Below are positions 32,747 to 42,513 of a DNA stretch of 64,000 nucleotides, in pieces. Location of the stretch: assembly GCA_944323485.1 (NCBI GenBank), contig CALUSR010000002.1, positions 68,048-132,047 of the forward strand, given 5' to 3'. The DNA comes from Candidatus Gastranaerophilales bacterium (GTDB lineage: Bacteria > Cyanobacteriota > Vampirovibrionia > Gastranaerophilales > CAJFVJ01). Every line of letters begins with the position of its first letter. The first letter of the stretch is position 1. The notes below the pieces were generated by a model, which did no database searches, was not told where the DNA came from, and saw nothing but the letters and a program-made list of their open reading frames with translations. The position numbers and the translations under genes were made by a program.

Positions 32747-35700
32747 CTATGCTTTTCTCATTAGAATAAGAAATTCTTTAAACTCAATCGGTTTTCCTTC
32801 TTCTTTATTTACAATATCACCGTCTTTATTAACGATATATTCTGTTTTGCTATCAGGGTTGTATGCATCAACATAAACAGTGCCTTCTTCGAGTTTGAAA
32901 GGAAGACCAACATCGAATTTATCTTTCTTATCAGAAGCAGTAGGCTTGATATATCCATGAGACATATCAATTTTATCGAGAGTAACTTTTTGAGGGTTGA
33001 CTCTTCTTGTATCCGAGAATCCTTCATTGCTTGCAAGAGCAATTACATCCGTCTTATCATTGTAACGGTAAAGACCGAACACCCTCTGATCATGCTGATG
33101 TCCATGATTTTCAAAACCGTCTGCCTCAGGATTAGCAGGAGATTTCAAAACAATTGTTTCGCCATCAACAAGAGGTGACAAGCTTCCATCCAATCTCAAA
33201 TTCAGAGCTCTTGAAACTTCTTTTACATTTTCTTCAGCATATTTTCTATATTCAGAATTTTCTCTGTTTCTGTTTTCGGCCTCAACCATTCCGCCTATAT
33301 ATTCAAAGCGGCCTCTTCCTCTGTTTTGAAGATACTGGTTTTTGGATTTTGATTCAAAACCTGTCAATCCGAGTTCATCACCTGAGAACAATGTCGGAGT
33401 TCCCGGAAGAAGAGCTTTTAAGAAATACATTGCATCGCCTTTTATCATAGCAGGTTTCAAAAATGCTTCTTCAACATCTGCTTCTTTCACTTTTGTTGAG
33501 AAAAATTCCTTAGCTTCACCTTCAGGCATTGCATTGAGGATATCTTTCCAGTTATCCTGGAATCCTCTAACGGCAAAATATTCACCGTTATTTCTTGTCT
33601 TTGCCAAATCATCAACAGTTTGTATAAACTGTGTCATATATTTATCAGGAGTGTTTTCAGGAAGTGTTTGTTTTACGGCATCTAAAATTGCAGCCTCCAT
33701 AGCAAGAGCTTCCGGAGATACAATTTTGAACAATCTGTTTCCGACTGAAAGACGTTCCTGTTCTTTAAGGTTAACAAGGTGAGCTCTTTGTTCGCCTGTC
33801 AGTTCTCCTTCTTTTTCTTTTTCGTATAGTTTTGATATTTCATCATTAATTCTGACAGCTTCTTCGATATAAGGAGTATAGAACTCAGAACCTTCCATCA
33901 TATCTTTGAGTTCATCGGTAACTGATGGTTCAAGCTTGCTGCCCATATAATTTGAATATGCCAGTTTGGTATTCAGAGCAAACCCATGATGAATTCTTGG
34001 TTTGTCATGGTTGCCGCCTGCGATGTGTGAGTTATTGACGTTGTATTTCGGTCCGCTGAACAAAAATCCGGGTGTACCATTCCAGGCGTAGAGGAGTTTT
34101 TCTGTCAACTTACCTATAGGCGCATTGTATCCGCCTTCACCGCTACCAAGTTCCGGGAATCCTCCGTATATTCCGTGTAAAATCGAGTATTGATAATTGT
34201 AGTTTGTTTGAGTAGTAAATCCGGAATCCTCTACAAATTTTTCTTCGACAGTTCCGGCGTTAGGATATTTGGGTGAGCCTGAAGCTAATATTCCTGCATC
34301 CGTGAATTCACCGATTTTGTAAGCATGTTTATTGTATTTATCAACTCCTTTGTTAAATTTATTCCAGAAGCTGATTATTGAATCCATACATTCTTCAGAA
34401 TTTGCTTTTGTCCCGATACTTTCTATATCAGCAATATCTTTCGCTGCGTCAATACGCCAGTTCAGACCTGCTTGAGCTTTATCTGCAAGGAGTTTGGCTA
34501 CTCTCAAATCATCGGCACTAGCTCCTTTGATAACATCTTTTTCAAGATATTCAACATAAGGCTGAAGTTTGTTTATATTTATTGATTTTAAACCTTCTTC
34601 CAAGCGAGCAACAAGTTTTCTTGCAACTTCTTCATGAGTAGAACCGTTAATATCAAGACTATTTAGACCTATTTGATTCAATCTCTGTACATCCTGATGG
34701 TCATCATTGTCAAAATATGAATCAGTCAACGCATTAACAATAAGAAATTTGGTAATATCATCAGAAATCAAATCATACACTTCTGCGTTATTATAATTCA
34801 ATTTATTACCTGATAATAGTCTGCGTCCGGTTTTATCAGAACGGTCAAGCAACTCCAGAACTTCTATTGCTTTTGCTTTGAGAGCACCGTTATAAATTCT
34901 GTCTTCTGCAAGTTCTTTAAAGACCGGTGAACCGAGAATTGATGTTAATTCAGGAGAAAATTCTATAGCTTCAAGAGGGAAGGCTTTTAGCCCTTCTTCG
35001 ATAGAAGCAACAGGAGCAGGAATATTGTAATAATCATAATCACCGCTCATATAGTTCTCAAGAGTTTTATCGGATGGATTTGAGAGAGATAAAACACTTT
35101 GAGGGAGGTTCCCTTTTTCTACAGCTTCTTTGATTTTAGCTTTATAATCATCGACCGTCTTTGCGCCATGCAGCTGTTGGGCATTATAAGAATTAATAAT
35201 ATTTGATGTTTTTCTTGTCCAATATTCTCCTATGCCAACAATATAATCCTGAACTTCTTTTTCAGCTTTTTTGACTGCAGCAACTTTCAGAGCACCTGCT
35301 TCTCCACCGCCGGCATTTTCATATACATCGGAAAGTTTATCTTGAGGAGTCATAAATCTTAATTTTGCAATATCCTTGTTTCCGACCCAGAGATTGGCTT
35401 TTCTGTCTTTATTTGAAGTTGTCAATGAAAATTTATTCCAATCAAGAAGAGAGTATTTGAACTCATCAGAATCATCATATTTTCTGAATTTCTGCTCTAA
35501 CTCTTCCGGAGACACCTGAAATTTGTATGGTTGTACTCCATCCATATAATCTTTTATTTCATTCGGATCTTCAACATTTGCAATATCATATTTATCAAAC
35601 AATTTTTGTCTGTCGAGTTGTTCTGCAGAGGTTAATCTTCTGTCAAACAGTTGAATATAAGTCGGTTGCGACGGGTCATAACTTTCGTTTTTCTCACCAT

Positions 35701-36748
35701 GTGTTGATCTTGGCATACCGTTTTCATCGACATTCCAAACTCTCGGACTGTTGATAATTCTTATATCCCAGTTATCTTTAGCCTTTTCATCAAGAGGTAA
35801 AACGCCGTATCCTATAGGTTCATTTTCGTTGCCAAAAAATTCAAACCAGTTATAATACGGAGAATTTGCTCCATATTTATGAACGTCGATAAGGTGTATT
35901 CCCTCTAAACCTTCATTGACAAAAGCACCATCAAGAATCAAGCCCATTCCGTTTTTATACAAATCAACGACAAGGTCCTTATAATCTTTTTCGGTACCGA
36001 GCGACGGCTTCAGCTGATAAGCATTATTTGTCCAATATCCTATAGGAAGAGGACCTGATGCAAACAGCGGAGTTGTCATGATATTTTTTGCTCCGACTGA
36101 TTTAATATAAGGAACAGCATCCGCAATATCTCTGATTGTTCCGCCGTAGTTTGTATAATGAGTAGAACGCCAGTTATTCGTATTAAACTCTATAAAGTCA
36201 TCTTCACCAATTTTTCTGACCTTTTTGTTTTCGCCTTTCGGATTCATATTATAGGGGACAACATGATACATCGTTTGAGGTCCCTTGAGAGAAGATGCAT
36301 AAAGTTCCTGAGCTATATTGTATGTTTCTCCGTCAACAGTCGCATTTTGGAGATTATCGGTATATGGTTCTCCATCTATAATAAATCTATATCCGAGAAT
36401 AAAATCGTCATCCTCTGGACCGAGATAAACATCACTGTCTTTCGGGTTAAATACGGCTTTATTGTTTCTATCAAGAGGAATTTGATATTTTCTGCCGGTA
36501 CCGTCTTCGTTGATATTTTCAACGTCAATTATATTTCCGTTTTTATCTTTGAGAAGTCTTACAAGCTCTACTTTTGCATCATTATATCTTGCATTAGGAA
36601 GATAGAAGTTATATAAACGTTCTCCATGGTCGTTTTCTACAATCTTATGACCGCTAAACCCTATTGACTGTCTTTTATCAGGTCTTGTTGTTGTTAAAGA
36701 TTTATTTTTATTTGGATTTACAGCATTTATTGATGATACATAAAACAT
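32747..36748 (-). CDS. giant divergent GH13-family protein
   Basis: Residues are numbered on the 1340-aa track translation. Region I-like GLILDGAFVNEG (D280), region II GLNWRIDAAKD (D774), region III YKIGEFTD (E821), region IV GGNHDKPR (H921, D922), plus TPTLFSGDELG. ATG at 36748 has an AGGGAAG SD; the track GTG start is 36769. Confidence 0.7.
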   Translation of the reverse strand: MFYVSSINAVNPNKNKSLTTTRPDKRQSIGFSGHKIVENDHGERLYNFYLPNARYNDAKVELVRLLKDKNGNIIDVENINEDGTGRKYQIPLDRNNKAVFNPKDSDVYLGPEDDDFILGYRFIIDGEPYTDNLQNATVDGETYNIAQELYASSLKGPQTMYHVVPYNMNPKGENKKVRKIGEDDFIEFNTNNWRSTHYTNYGGTIRDIADAVPYIKSVGAKNIMTTPLFASGPLPIGYWTNNAYQLKPSLGTEKDYKDLVVDLYKNGMGLILDGAFVNEGLEGIHLIDVHKYGANSPYYNWFEFFGNENEPIGYGVLPLDEKAKDNWDIRIINSPRVWNVDENGMPRSTHGEKNESYDPSQPTYIQLFDRRLTSAEQLDRQKLFDKYDIANVEDPNEIKDYMDGVQPYKFQVSPEELEQKFRKYDDSDEFKYSLLDWNKFSLTTSNKDRKANLWVGNKDIAKLRFMTPQDKLSDVYENAGGGEAGALKVAAVKKAEKEVQDYIVGIGEYWTRKTSNIINSYNAQQLHGAKTVDDYKAKIKEAVEKGNLPQSVLSLSNPSDKTLENYMSGDYDYYNIPAPVASIEEGLKAFPLEAIEFSPELTSILGSPVFKELAEDRIYNGALKAKAIEVLELLDRSDKTGRRLLSGNKLNYNNAEVYDLISDDITKFLIVNALTDSYFDNDDHQDVQRLNQIGLNSLDINGSTHEEVARKLVARLEEGLKSININKLQPYVEYLEKDVIKGASADDLRVAKLLADKAQAGLNWRIDAAKDIADIESIGTKANSEECMDSIISFWNKFNKGVDKYNKHAYKIGEFTDAGILASGSPKYPNAGTVEEKFVEDSGFTTQTNYNYQYSILHGIYGGFPELGSGEGGYNAPIGKLTEKLLYAWNGTPGFLFSGPKYNVNNSHIAGGNHDKPRIHHGFALNTKLAYSNYMGSKLEPSVTDELKDMMEGSEFYTPYIEEAVRINDEISKLYEKEKEGELTGEQRAHLVNLKEQERLSVGNRLFKIVSPEALAMEAAILDAVKQTLPENTPDKYMTQFIQTVDDLAKTRNNGEYFAVRGFQDNWKDILNAMPEGEAKEFFSTKVKEADVEEAFLKPAMIKGDAMYFLKALLPGTPTLFSGDELGLTGFESKSKNQYLQNRGRGRFEYIGGMVEAENRNRENSEYRKYAEENVKEVSRALNLRLDGSLSPLVDGETIVLKSPANPEADGFENHGHQHDQRVFGLYRYNDKTDVIALASNEGFSDTRRVNPQKVTLDKIDMSHGYIKPTASDKKDKFDVGLPFKLEEGTVYVDAYNPDSKTEYIVNKDGDIVNKEEGKPIEFKEFLILMRKA

Positions 36749-36849
36749 AGAGCTTCCCTTTTTATACACTTCCCTATAATTGTGATAACGTAAAACATGA
36801 AAAAAAATTGCCGTTTTTTAAAGAAATTATTACATTTTATTATTAATTT

Positions 36850-38730
36850 CTATAAATTTTGTTTATAAACACCTTTAGCTTCTTTTTCTATGTTTGGAGT
36901 ATTTATTTCGAAAACATGGAAACTGGCTGGAGCCAATTCCAACTCTACTCTGTTTTCTGCGGCTGAAATATTATCACCTTTTGTATAAACGGGAGCCAAA
37001 TCATTCAGCTGTTGATCCTGCTTCAACCCAGGAACGGTAACGCTTGCTTTATGAGAGGCATTTACGTCTTTGTTTGCTAAAATCAAGAGAGTTTTCCCAT
37101 TCAAACTTCTTGCATAAGAGATAATTTTTTCTCCATCTCCTCTTTTTTCATCCAGAGGTATGAATGAACCCTTGGTGATAATATCATTATACTGTTTTCT
37201 GACTTTTGACATAGCTGTCATAAACTCACCGATTTCAGGATTTTCTCCGCCGGGTTTTCTTGATTTATTAAATAAATCAAGCTTTTCATTGTGAACAAAG
37301 TACTTCAGATTGCCTGTATCAGATTCTCTTGCTATTTTATCTCTGAATTTATACACATATCGATCGCCTGATTCAAACCCTGTTACAAAATACGGGTTTG
37401 TCATAGGAAGAGTCATCTGAAGCCCTGTTGTCATATTGCAATAAGGGGCACCGCCGTTTGTCATCGGGCTCTTATCATCATGTGTGGAAAATGAACCTAT
37501 TAGCGACTTATCTTTTGGAAGGCGTTTTGACATCTCAAGATTTTCAATCACATAATCATTCAGTTCCTTGCCTGTTTTCCATTCGTTAAATATGTGATAC
37601 TGACCATAATAAGAGTCAAAGCCTGCGGCAAGCAAATCTTCAGGTCTATCTTTAGGCATATTCAACATCGGGGATGCATCTTCGTATGTATAAGATTCTG
37701 CAAGGAATGCAAATTCAGGATCTTTGCTTCTTGCATAAGGAATGATTTCATCCCAGAATTCTACAGGTTTTGCCCTTGCAACGTCGGCTCTGATTCCGTC
37801 AATGCCAAGTTCCTGATAGAGGTCGATTACTCTTTTATGATAATCAACGAGTTCCTTATTCAAAACTCTTTTGCTTTCATCCTGCCAAGGGTCAAACATT
37901 CTGATGTCATCCCAGCCTTGAGGTGTCTTAGGATTACCTTTTTCATCAGTTGCCATCAGCTCCGGTTTAGCTTTGTACATATCAACAGAAGCACAGCTAG
38001 GTAAGTCAATCATTACGGCGATACCGCGTTTATGACATTCATCTATAAACTGTTTTGCTTCTTCTTTTACGCTGCGAGGGTCATTCGGGTCATCCAGCTT
38101 TGGATCTATTCCCAAATAATCTTTAGGCGCATAAATAGAACCTGCCGTTCCGAGAGCTACCTCTTTGCCCGGTTCATGAATCGGCAGCATATGAATTGTA
38201 TTGACTCCATATCCTACCAGTTCATCAAGACGTTCTATTGCATTAATAAAAGTACCTGTTTCTTCTTCACCGTCAATTACATCATCGCCGTTTGTATCTT
38301 TTGCATTGAAAGTTCTCGGTATCATTGCATAAATAACAGCTTCATTATTCTGGAAGAGTGTTCTCAGATGATTTTTATAAGGTGTTGCTGACTTTTTCTC
38401 AGGCTCAAGAGTTACCTGTGAAACGCCGTCAGGTCTTTGTGTTTTCATAAAATTCTCCAGCAGTGGTGACATCTTTTTTTGAGGTGTAACAGATGTTGAA
38501 GCAACAGGCTGCACTGTATTCGAATAAGCATTGTTTGCAACCTGTTTATTATATTGTTCGGCAAGAACAGGAGGTTGATAGTATGACGTAATAGCAGGAA
38601 TCGAATAGAATGCTTGCGTCTGAGGATTTGTCATACTAACAGTCTGATATGAAGGAGTTGTTGTTTGCAGATTGCTCTGAAACATATTGCTTGAATAATA
38701 AGAAGGAATATAAGAAATATTATTTAGCAT
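36850..38730 (-). CDS. GH13 alpha-amylase-family enzyme with Q/S/T/Y-rich N-terminal extension
   Basis: Region II IDGIRADVARAKP, region III FAFLAESYT, region IV SFSTHDDKSP. The ATG at 38730 overlaps the upstream gene by 11 nt, and its SD GAAGGAG lies inside that gene. Confidence 0.8.
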   Translation of the reverse strand: MLNNISYIPSYYSSNMFQSNLQTTTPSYQTVSMTNPQTQAFYSIPAITSYYQPPVLAEQYNKQVANNAYSNTVQPVASTSVTPQKKMSPLLENFMKTQRPDGVSQVTLEPEKKSATPYKNHLRTLFQNNEAVIYAMIPRTFNAKDTNGDDVIDGEEETGTFINAIERLDELVGYGVNTIHMLPIHEPGKEVALGTAGSIYAPKDYLGIDPKLDDPNDPRSVKEEAKQFIDECHKRGIAVMIDLPSCASVDMYKAKPELMATDEKGNPKTPQGWDDIRMFDPWQDESKRVLNKELVDYHKRVIDLYQELGIDGIRADVARAKPVEFWDEIIPYARSKDPEFAFLAESYTYEDASPMLNMPKDRPEDLLAAGFDSYYGQYHIFNEWKTGKELNDYVIENLEMSKRLPKDKSLIGSFSTHDDKSPMTNGGAPYCNMTTGLQMTLPMTNPYFVTGFESGDRYVYKFRDKIARESDTGNLKYFVHNEKLDLFNKSRKPGGENPEIGEFMTAMSKVRKQYNDIITKGSFIPLDEKRGDGEKIISYARSLNGKTLLILANKDVNASHKASVTVPGLKQDQQLNDLAPVYTKGDNISAAENRVELELAPASFHVFEINTPNIEKEAKGVYKQNL

Positions 38731-41392
38731 TATTGTTTACTCCTTCCCTTTTATATTCATATACATCAGTATTAAATTTATTTTTTCTTCCCATCAGAGC
38801 TATACCTATTGCTGTAACTCCAGTTAATACCGCTGCAGCCATGCCTGCTCGTTTTAACCATATTTTGTATGATACAGTATCACTTGCAGCCTTTTTGACA
38901 AAATCAACCAAGCCTAAACCTGCAGACATCGTAGCATCATTAATAGTAAAGCGTTTAAATCCGCTCATTGAAGAATTGACAACCTGTGTTAATTCTTTAA
39001 CCATCTCTGTGTTACCTTCTACCTTTTGACCTGTCTGCCACCAGAGTCTTGCTGCATTCTTTTTGAAGAAATCAACAAATTTATCCGAGTGTTTTTCCAG
39101 TTCGCCGACATCTGAGGCTTCCTGTTTTAATAAAACAAAGAAGTCTTTAAATTTGCCATTATCTGAGAGATATTGCCAGAATTTTTTAATAGTGTCATCT
39201 GAATCATTCCTAAATTCAAGACCTATGTAATCTTTAGCCATCTCAAGAAGTTTAACATTCTTAACTTTTTTCAATTCATCAAATGAAGTCATGTTCAATT
39301 CAGGCTTAATCGGATTTTCAAGAGATGAATACAATACCTTCATAATGAGATTTGAATCATCTATCTGATCAGCAACTTCTGCTGAAAGATGCTGTCTGAT
39401 CTCAGGTTTAAGAGGAGCAAAAAGAACATCCATCAACCTTGATAAGCCTTCTTTATCTTTCGGTTTTAATAAATCGTATTGTTCAAACTTATTGAAGAAA
39501 GAACTGGCATCCTCATTGTTGAAGACAATATCTTTCAACATTCTGGAGACATTTGACACTTTTTGTTTATCAGCCAAATCAACAGGCGAATAAACCTCTT
39601 TTACAAGATTCATTATATCAGGATCTGTTCCGTCAGAAATCTTTGATAAAATGTTCATTGCCGTAATCGGTCTTGAGAAAGAAAGGTGAGTATTGAACAC
39701 TTTATTTGCCACAAGAGTTCTATCGCTGTTCAACGATCTTATAAACCCGCTTTCAAGAGTTCCAAAGCGTTTACCTGAAAGCTGTTCAAGTTGTCTCAGC
39801 TGTTTTAACGTCAACTCTTCCGTTCCGTCTATATATCTCATAGCTTCCTGAGCCAATTTCATATCTTTTGCTGTTGATGCAGAATAGAATTTAACAATGC
39901 CTTTAATTGCTTCCGCTGATTGTTCTGGAGAAGAAACAATTTTTTTCAATCTTCTTGTCACAATATCATCAGCTGCTTTGGCAGGTGTTTTCTGATTAGC
40001 CAAAATTTGAAGCTCATCATTGCTGAATCCGAGAGCTTTCACCAACGGAGAAGATGCTTTCTTCCAGTTGTTTGCAGTCGCTGAACCGTCTACATCATTA
40101 AGTGTTGCAGATAAGAATTTTAAGAGATGTTTCTTTCTGTCATAATACGTACCGGATACTTTATAGAGATTTCTGAAATCATCATACAGATGTTCTGGAA
40201 TTTCTATTTCCCTGCTGTCAGTAAACACCCCATTTGCAACAGTTTTGAGGAGAACGCTCTTATCAATATCTTTGACAGGCGTAGATTTTATAACTACTTT
40301 TTTGAGGAAACGAGAAAACTCTTTCTTCGTCAGGAATGCTTCTGTGCCGTCTGCTAATTGACCTTTTATAAATTCTCTCAGCATTTTTTTAGTTTCACTG
40401 TTAGCTGTAACGCCAAGAAGATTATCTACTTTGCCATACAAATCTTTTGTAATTTTAATTCTGTCAGAAGCACCGTCAAAAAGATGATCAAGTTCTTTTC
40501 CTACTTCATCATCAAGTTTTGTTCCTAACATAGAAGAAGATATTTTCTTAATAAGATTATCTTTTGCTCCTTCTGTGATATATGGAGTATTTTTCAATGT
40601 AACATCTATATCAGAAAGGAAATCTTTGTTTAAAGACGGTTCTTTTTCAAAACCTCTTCTTGCTTTTGCAATCATAAATTTCTCTACCGCCGGATCAAAA
40701 ACTCTGCTGCCGAGTTGGTCAGCAAGCAAACTTGAGAGAATAGGAGTAGCAAAACCGGCTGTTAACATAGTCCATGTATTGCTTTGAGTTGCAATTTGCT
40801 GCATTTTGCTTCTAATCGCACCTTCTCTGTTTTCTATATTTGTCGGAATACCAAGTTTATCACCAACTTCATTAAGTTTATCATTATCATAGAGTTCCCA
40901 ACAAATATATTGAGGATCCTGGAAGAACGGTTTTACTCTGCCATAGCTGTCTTCATATTTCTGATTGGGGTCAAAACCTTTTGTCAATTTAACTGCAGAA
41001 CCAACCAGCTTTGGCCATAAAGCCATAGATCCGAACCATGTGGCAAATCCTACAAACTCCATTCCTTTTTTAAACGGAGATGCGGCACTGGCAGCAAGGA
41101 TTGCTGCAATTCCAAGACTGCCAAGTTTCAAACCAAGGTCATTTATTCTTCCTATAGAATAATCATTGCCTTTTCCCTGAGCGGCATCAACAAAAAACTT
41201 TGCTTCCTGAAATGGCTTCTTAACTGCATATTTTGTTGATTCCCACATATTTGAAGGTATCAATCTGCCTTTTGGTTGGAGAGGCTTTGCTCCGACTTTC
41301 AATGCCGCTATTGAAGGATCATTTGAACTTGCGGCTGCTTTTCTCTGACTGATTATATCAGCTGTATAATTTTGAATAATCATATTACTCAT
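38720..41392 (-). CDS. uncharacterised 890-aa membrane protein (hairpin + NQKY block + C-terminal TM anchor)
   Basis: Long ORF with an ATGA overlap with the upstream gene and SD GGAGGTG. Hydrophobic pair is LGSLGIAAILAASAASPFKKGMEFVGFATWFGSMALWP, followed by FDPNQKYEDSYG. C-terminal TM is AGMAAAVLTGVTAIGIALMG. No recognisable domain. Confidence 0.6.
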   Translation of the reverse strand: MSNMIIQNYTADIISQRKAAASSNDPSIAALKVGAKPLQPKGRLIPSNMWESTKYAVKKPFQEAKFFVDAAQGKGNDYSIGRINDLGLKLGSLGIAAILAASAASPFKKGMEFVGFATWFGSMALWPKLVGSAVKLTKGFDPNQKYEDSYGRVKPFFQDPQYICWELYDNDKLNEVGDKLGIPTNIENREGAIRSKMQQIATQSNTWTMLTAGFATPILSSLLADQLGSRVFDPAVEKFMIAKARRGFEKEPSLNKDFLSDIDVTLKNTPYITEGAKDNLIKKISSSMLGTKLDDEVGKELDHLFDGASDRIKITKDLYGKVDNLLGVTANSETKKMLREFIKGQLADGTEAFLTKKEFSRFLKKVVIKSTPVKDIDKSVLLKTVANGVFTDSREIEIPEHLYDDFRNLYKVSGTYYDRKKHLLKFLSATLNDVDGSATANNWKKASSPLVKALGFSNDELQILANQKTPAKAADDIVTRRLKKIVSSPEQSAEAIKGIVKFYSASTAKDMKLAQEAMRYIDGTEELTLKQLRQLEQLSGKRFGTLESGFIRSLNSDRTLVANKVFNTHLSFSRPITAMNILSKISDGTDPDIMNLVKEVYSPVDLADKQKVSNVSRMLKDIVFNNEDASSFFNKFEQYDLLKPKDKEGLSRLMDVLFAPLKPEIRQHLSAEVADQIDDSNLIMKVLYSSLENPIKPELNMTSFDELKKVKNVKLLEMAKDYIGLEFRNDSDDTIKKFWQYLSDNGKFKDFFVLLKQEASDVGELEKHSDKFVDFFKKNAARLWWQTGQKVEGNTEMVKELTQVVNSSMSGFKRFTINDATMSAGLGLVDFVKKAASDTVSYKIWLKRAGMAAAVLTGVTAIGIALMGRKNKFNTDVYEYKREGVNNNAK

Positions 41393-42513
41393 TTCTGAAC
41401 ACCTCCGTTATTATCAGAGGAATGTTCCTGAAATTTATGATTTTTCAGAGACGTTTTTGCAAGAATTGTTGAAATAGCAACGGCGGGAAGAATCAAAGAT
41501 GATAAAATAGCCGTTCTGCCAAGAATTTTTGATGTTCTTGAAACACCTTCTTTTATTCCTTTTGCTCCCCACAATTCTTTAAACGAGTCGACTATAGGTT
41601 TTTTCAAATTTTCTGAGAGAGAAGCTTTAAGCTCTAAAAATCTTATTTTTGGTTTCTTATTTTTGTTACCGAGTCCTTTTATTGCACTCCAGATGCCGTG
41701 TCCATTCATATCACCGCCTATTTTTTGGAAACTTTTCTGAGAAGAAAGTCCAAGACCGGTCATAACAAAAGGAGCGGTAATAATATATTTCCATCCGTTT
41801 GCCATAGCAATAGTTTCTTTGATTTTTTCACCTACAACAGTGTCAGAATCGTTTAATTTTGTTTTGTTATCTACACCGAAGCTTTTTGCTATTTCATCAA
41901 ATTGAGAATTGATTTTTTCTGCCTCGGGCTTGTGGTAATTGTAGGCTAGTCCCAAATTTGTAAAATCTTTGCTTTCTAACCAGTTATGATATTCAACTTT
42001 CTGATTATCAGGTAATTTCAGCGGAGTATCAGCCCTTAAATCGACCATATGTTTATATTTCTGGTTCATATCGATATTTCTGAAAGATTTCAGAGGAATA
42101 TCAATGACTGCTTTTGCGGCTGTTGCTGCAATATAATACATTGCAACCCCAAGGGCTATTCTTTTTGTAACAGCATTTGTTGCATTTCTTGCTGTAATAT
42201 TATTTCCGTTTTTTCCTGCCAGAAACATGAGTGCAAGAACAGGACCGCCGATAAAATAAGGGATTTTTGTTATTTTCAAAAACTCAAAAAAGTTTGCGTC
42301 AGGATCCCCCTGCAAACCACGTGAAACATATCCCGGAAGCTGCTTAAGCTGTTCTTTATTTATTCTCATTTTTTCTGAAAAAGTATCCGGTAAAAGCTCA
42401 TCCTTTTGATGTTCTTTCAACTCCGGATAAACTTCAGTTAAACTTTCTCCAAATGTGGATTTGGACTGATTTCTAACTGCTCCCAAATTGTTATTTATAG
42501 AACTTACTTGCAT
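41389..42513 (-). CDS. uncharacterised 375-aa membrane protein, paralogous to the N- and C-terminal parts of 38720..41392
   Basis: ATG at 42513 gives MQVSSINN...; the track TTG start is 42519. Hydrophobic hairpin is GGPVLALMFLAGKNGNNITARNATNAVTKRIALGVAMYYIAATAA, followed by IDMNQKYKHM. C-terminal TM is AILSSLILPAVAISTILA. Confidence 0.6.
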   Translation of the reverse strand: MQVSSINNNLGAVRNQSKSTFGESLTEVYPELKEHQKDELLPDTFSEKMRINKEQLKQLPGYVSRGLQGDPDANFFEFLKITKIPYFIGGPVLALMFLAGKNGNNITARNATNAVTKRIALGVAMYYIAATAAKAVIDIPLKSFRNIDMNQKYKHMVDLRADTPLKLPDNQKVEYHNWLESKDFTNLGLAYNYHKPEAEKINSQFDEIAKSFGVDNKTKLNDSDTVVGEKIKETIAMANGWKYIITAPFVMTGLGLSSQKSFQKIGGDMNGHGIWSAIKGLGNKNKKPKIRFLELKASLSENLKKPIVDSFKELWGAKGIKEGVSRTSKILGRTAILSSLILPAVAISTILAKTSLKNHKFQEHSSDNNGGVQK

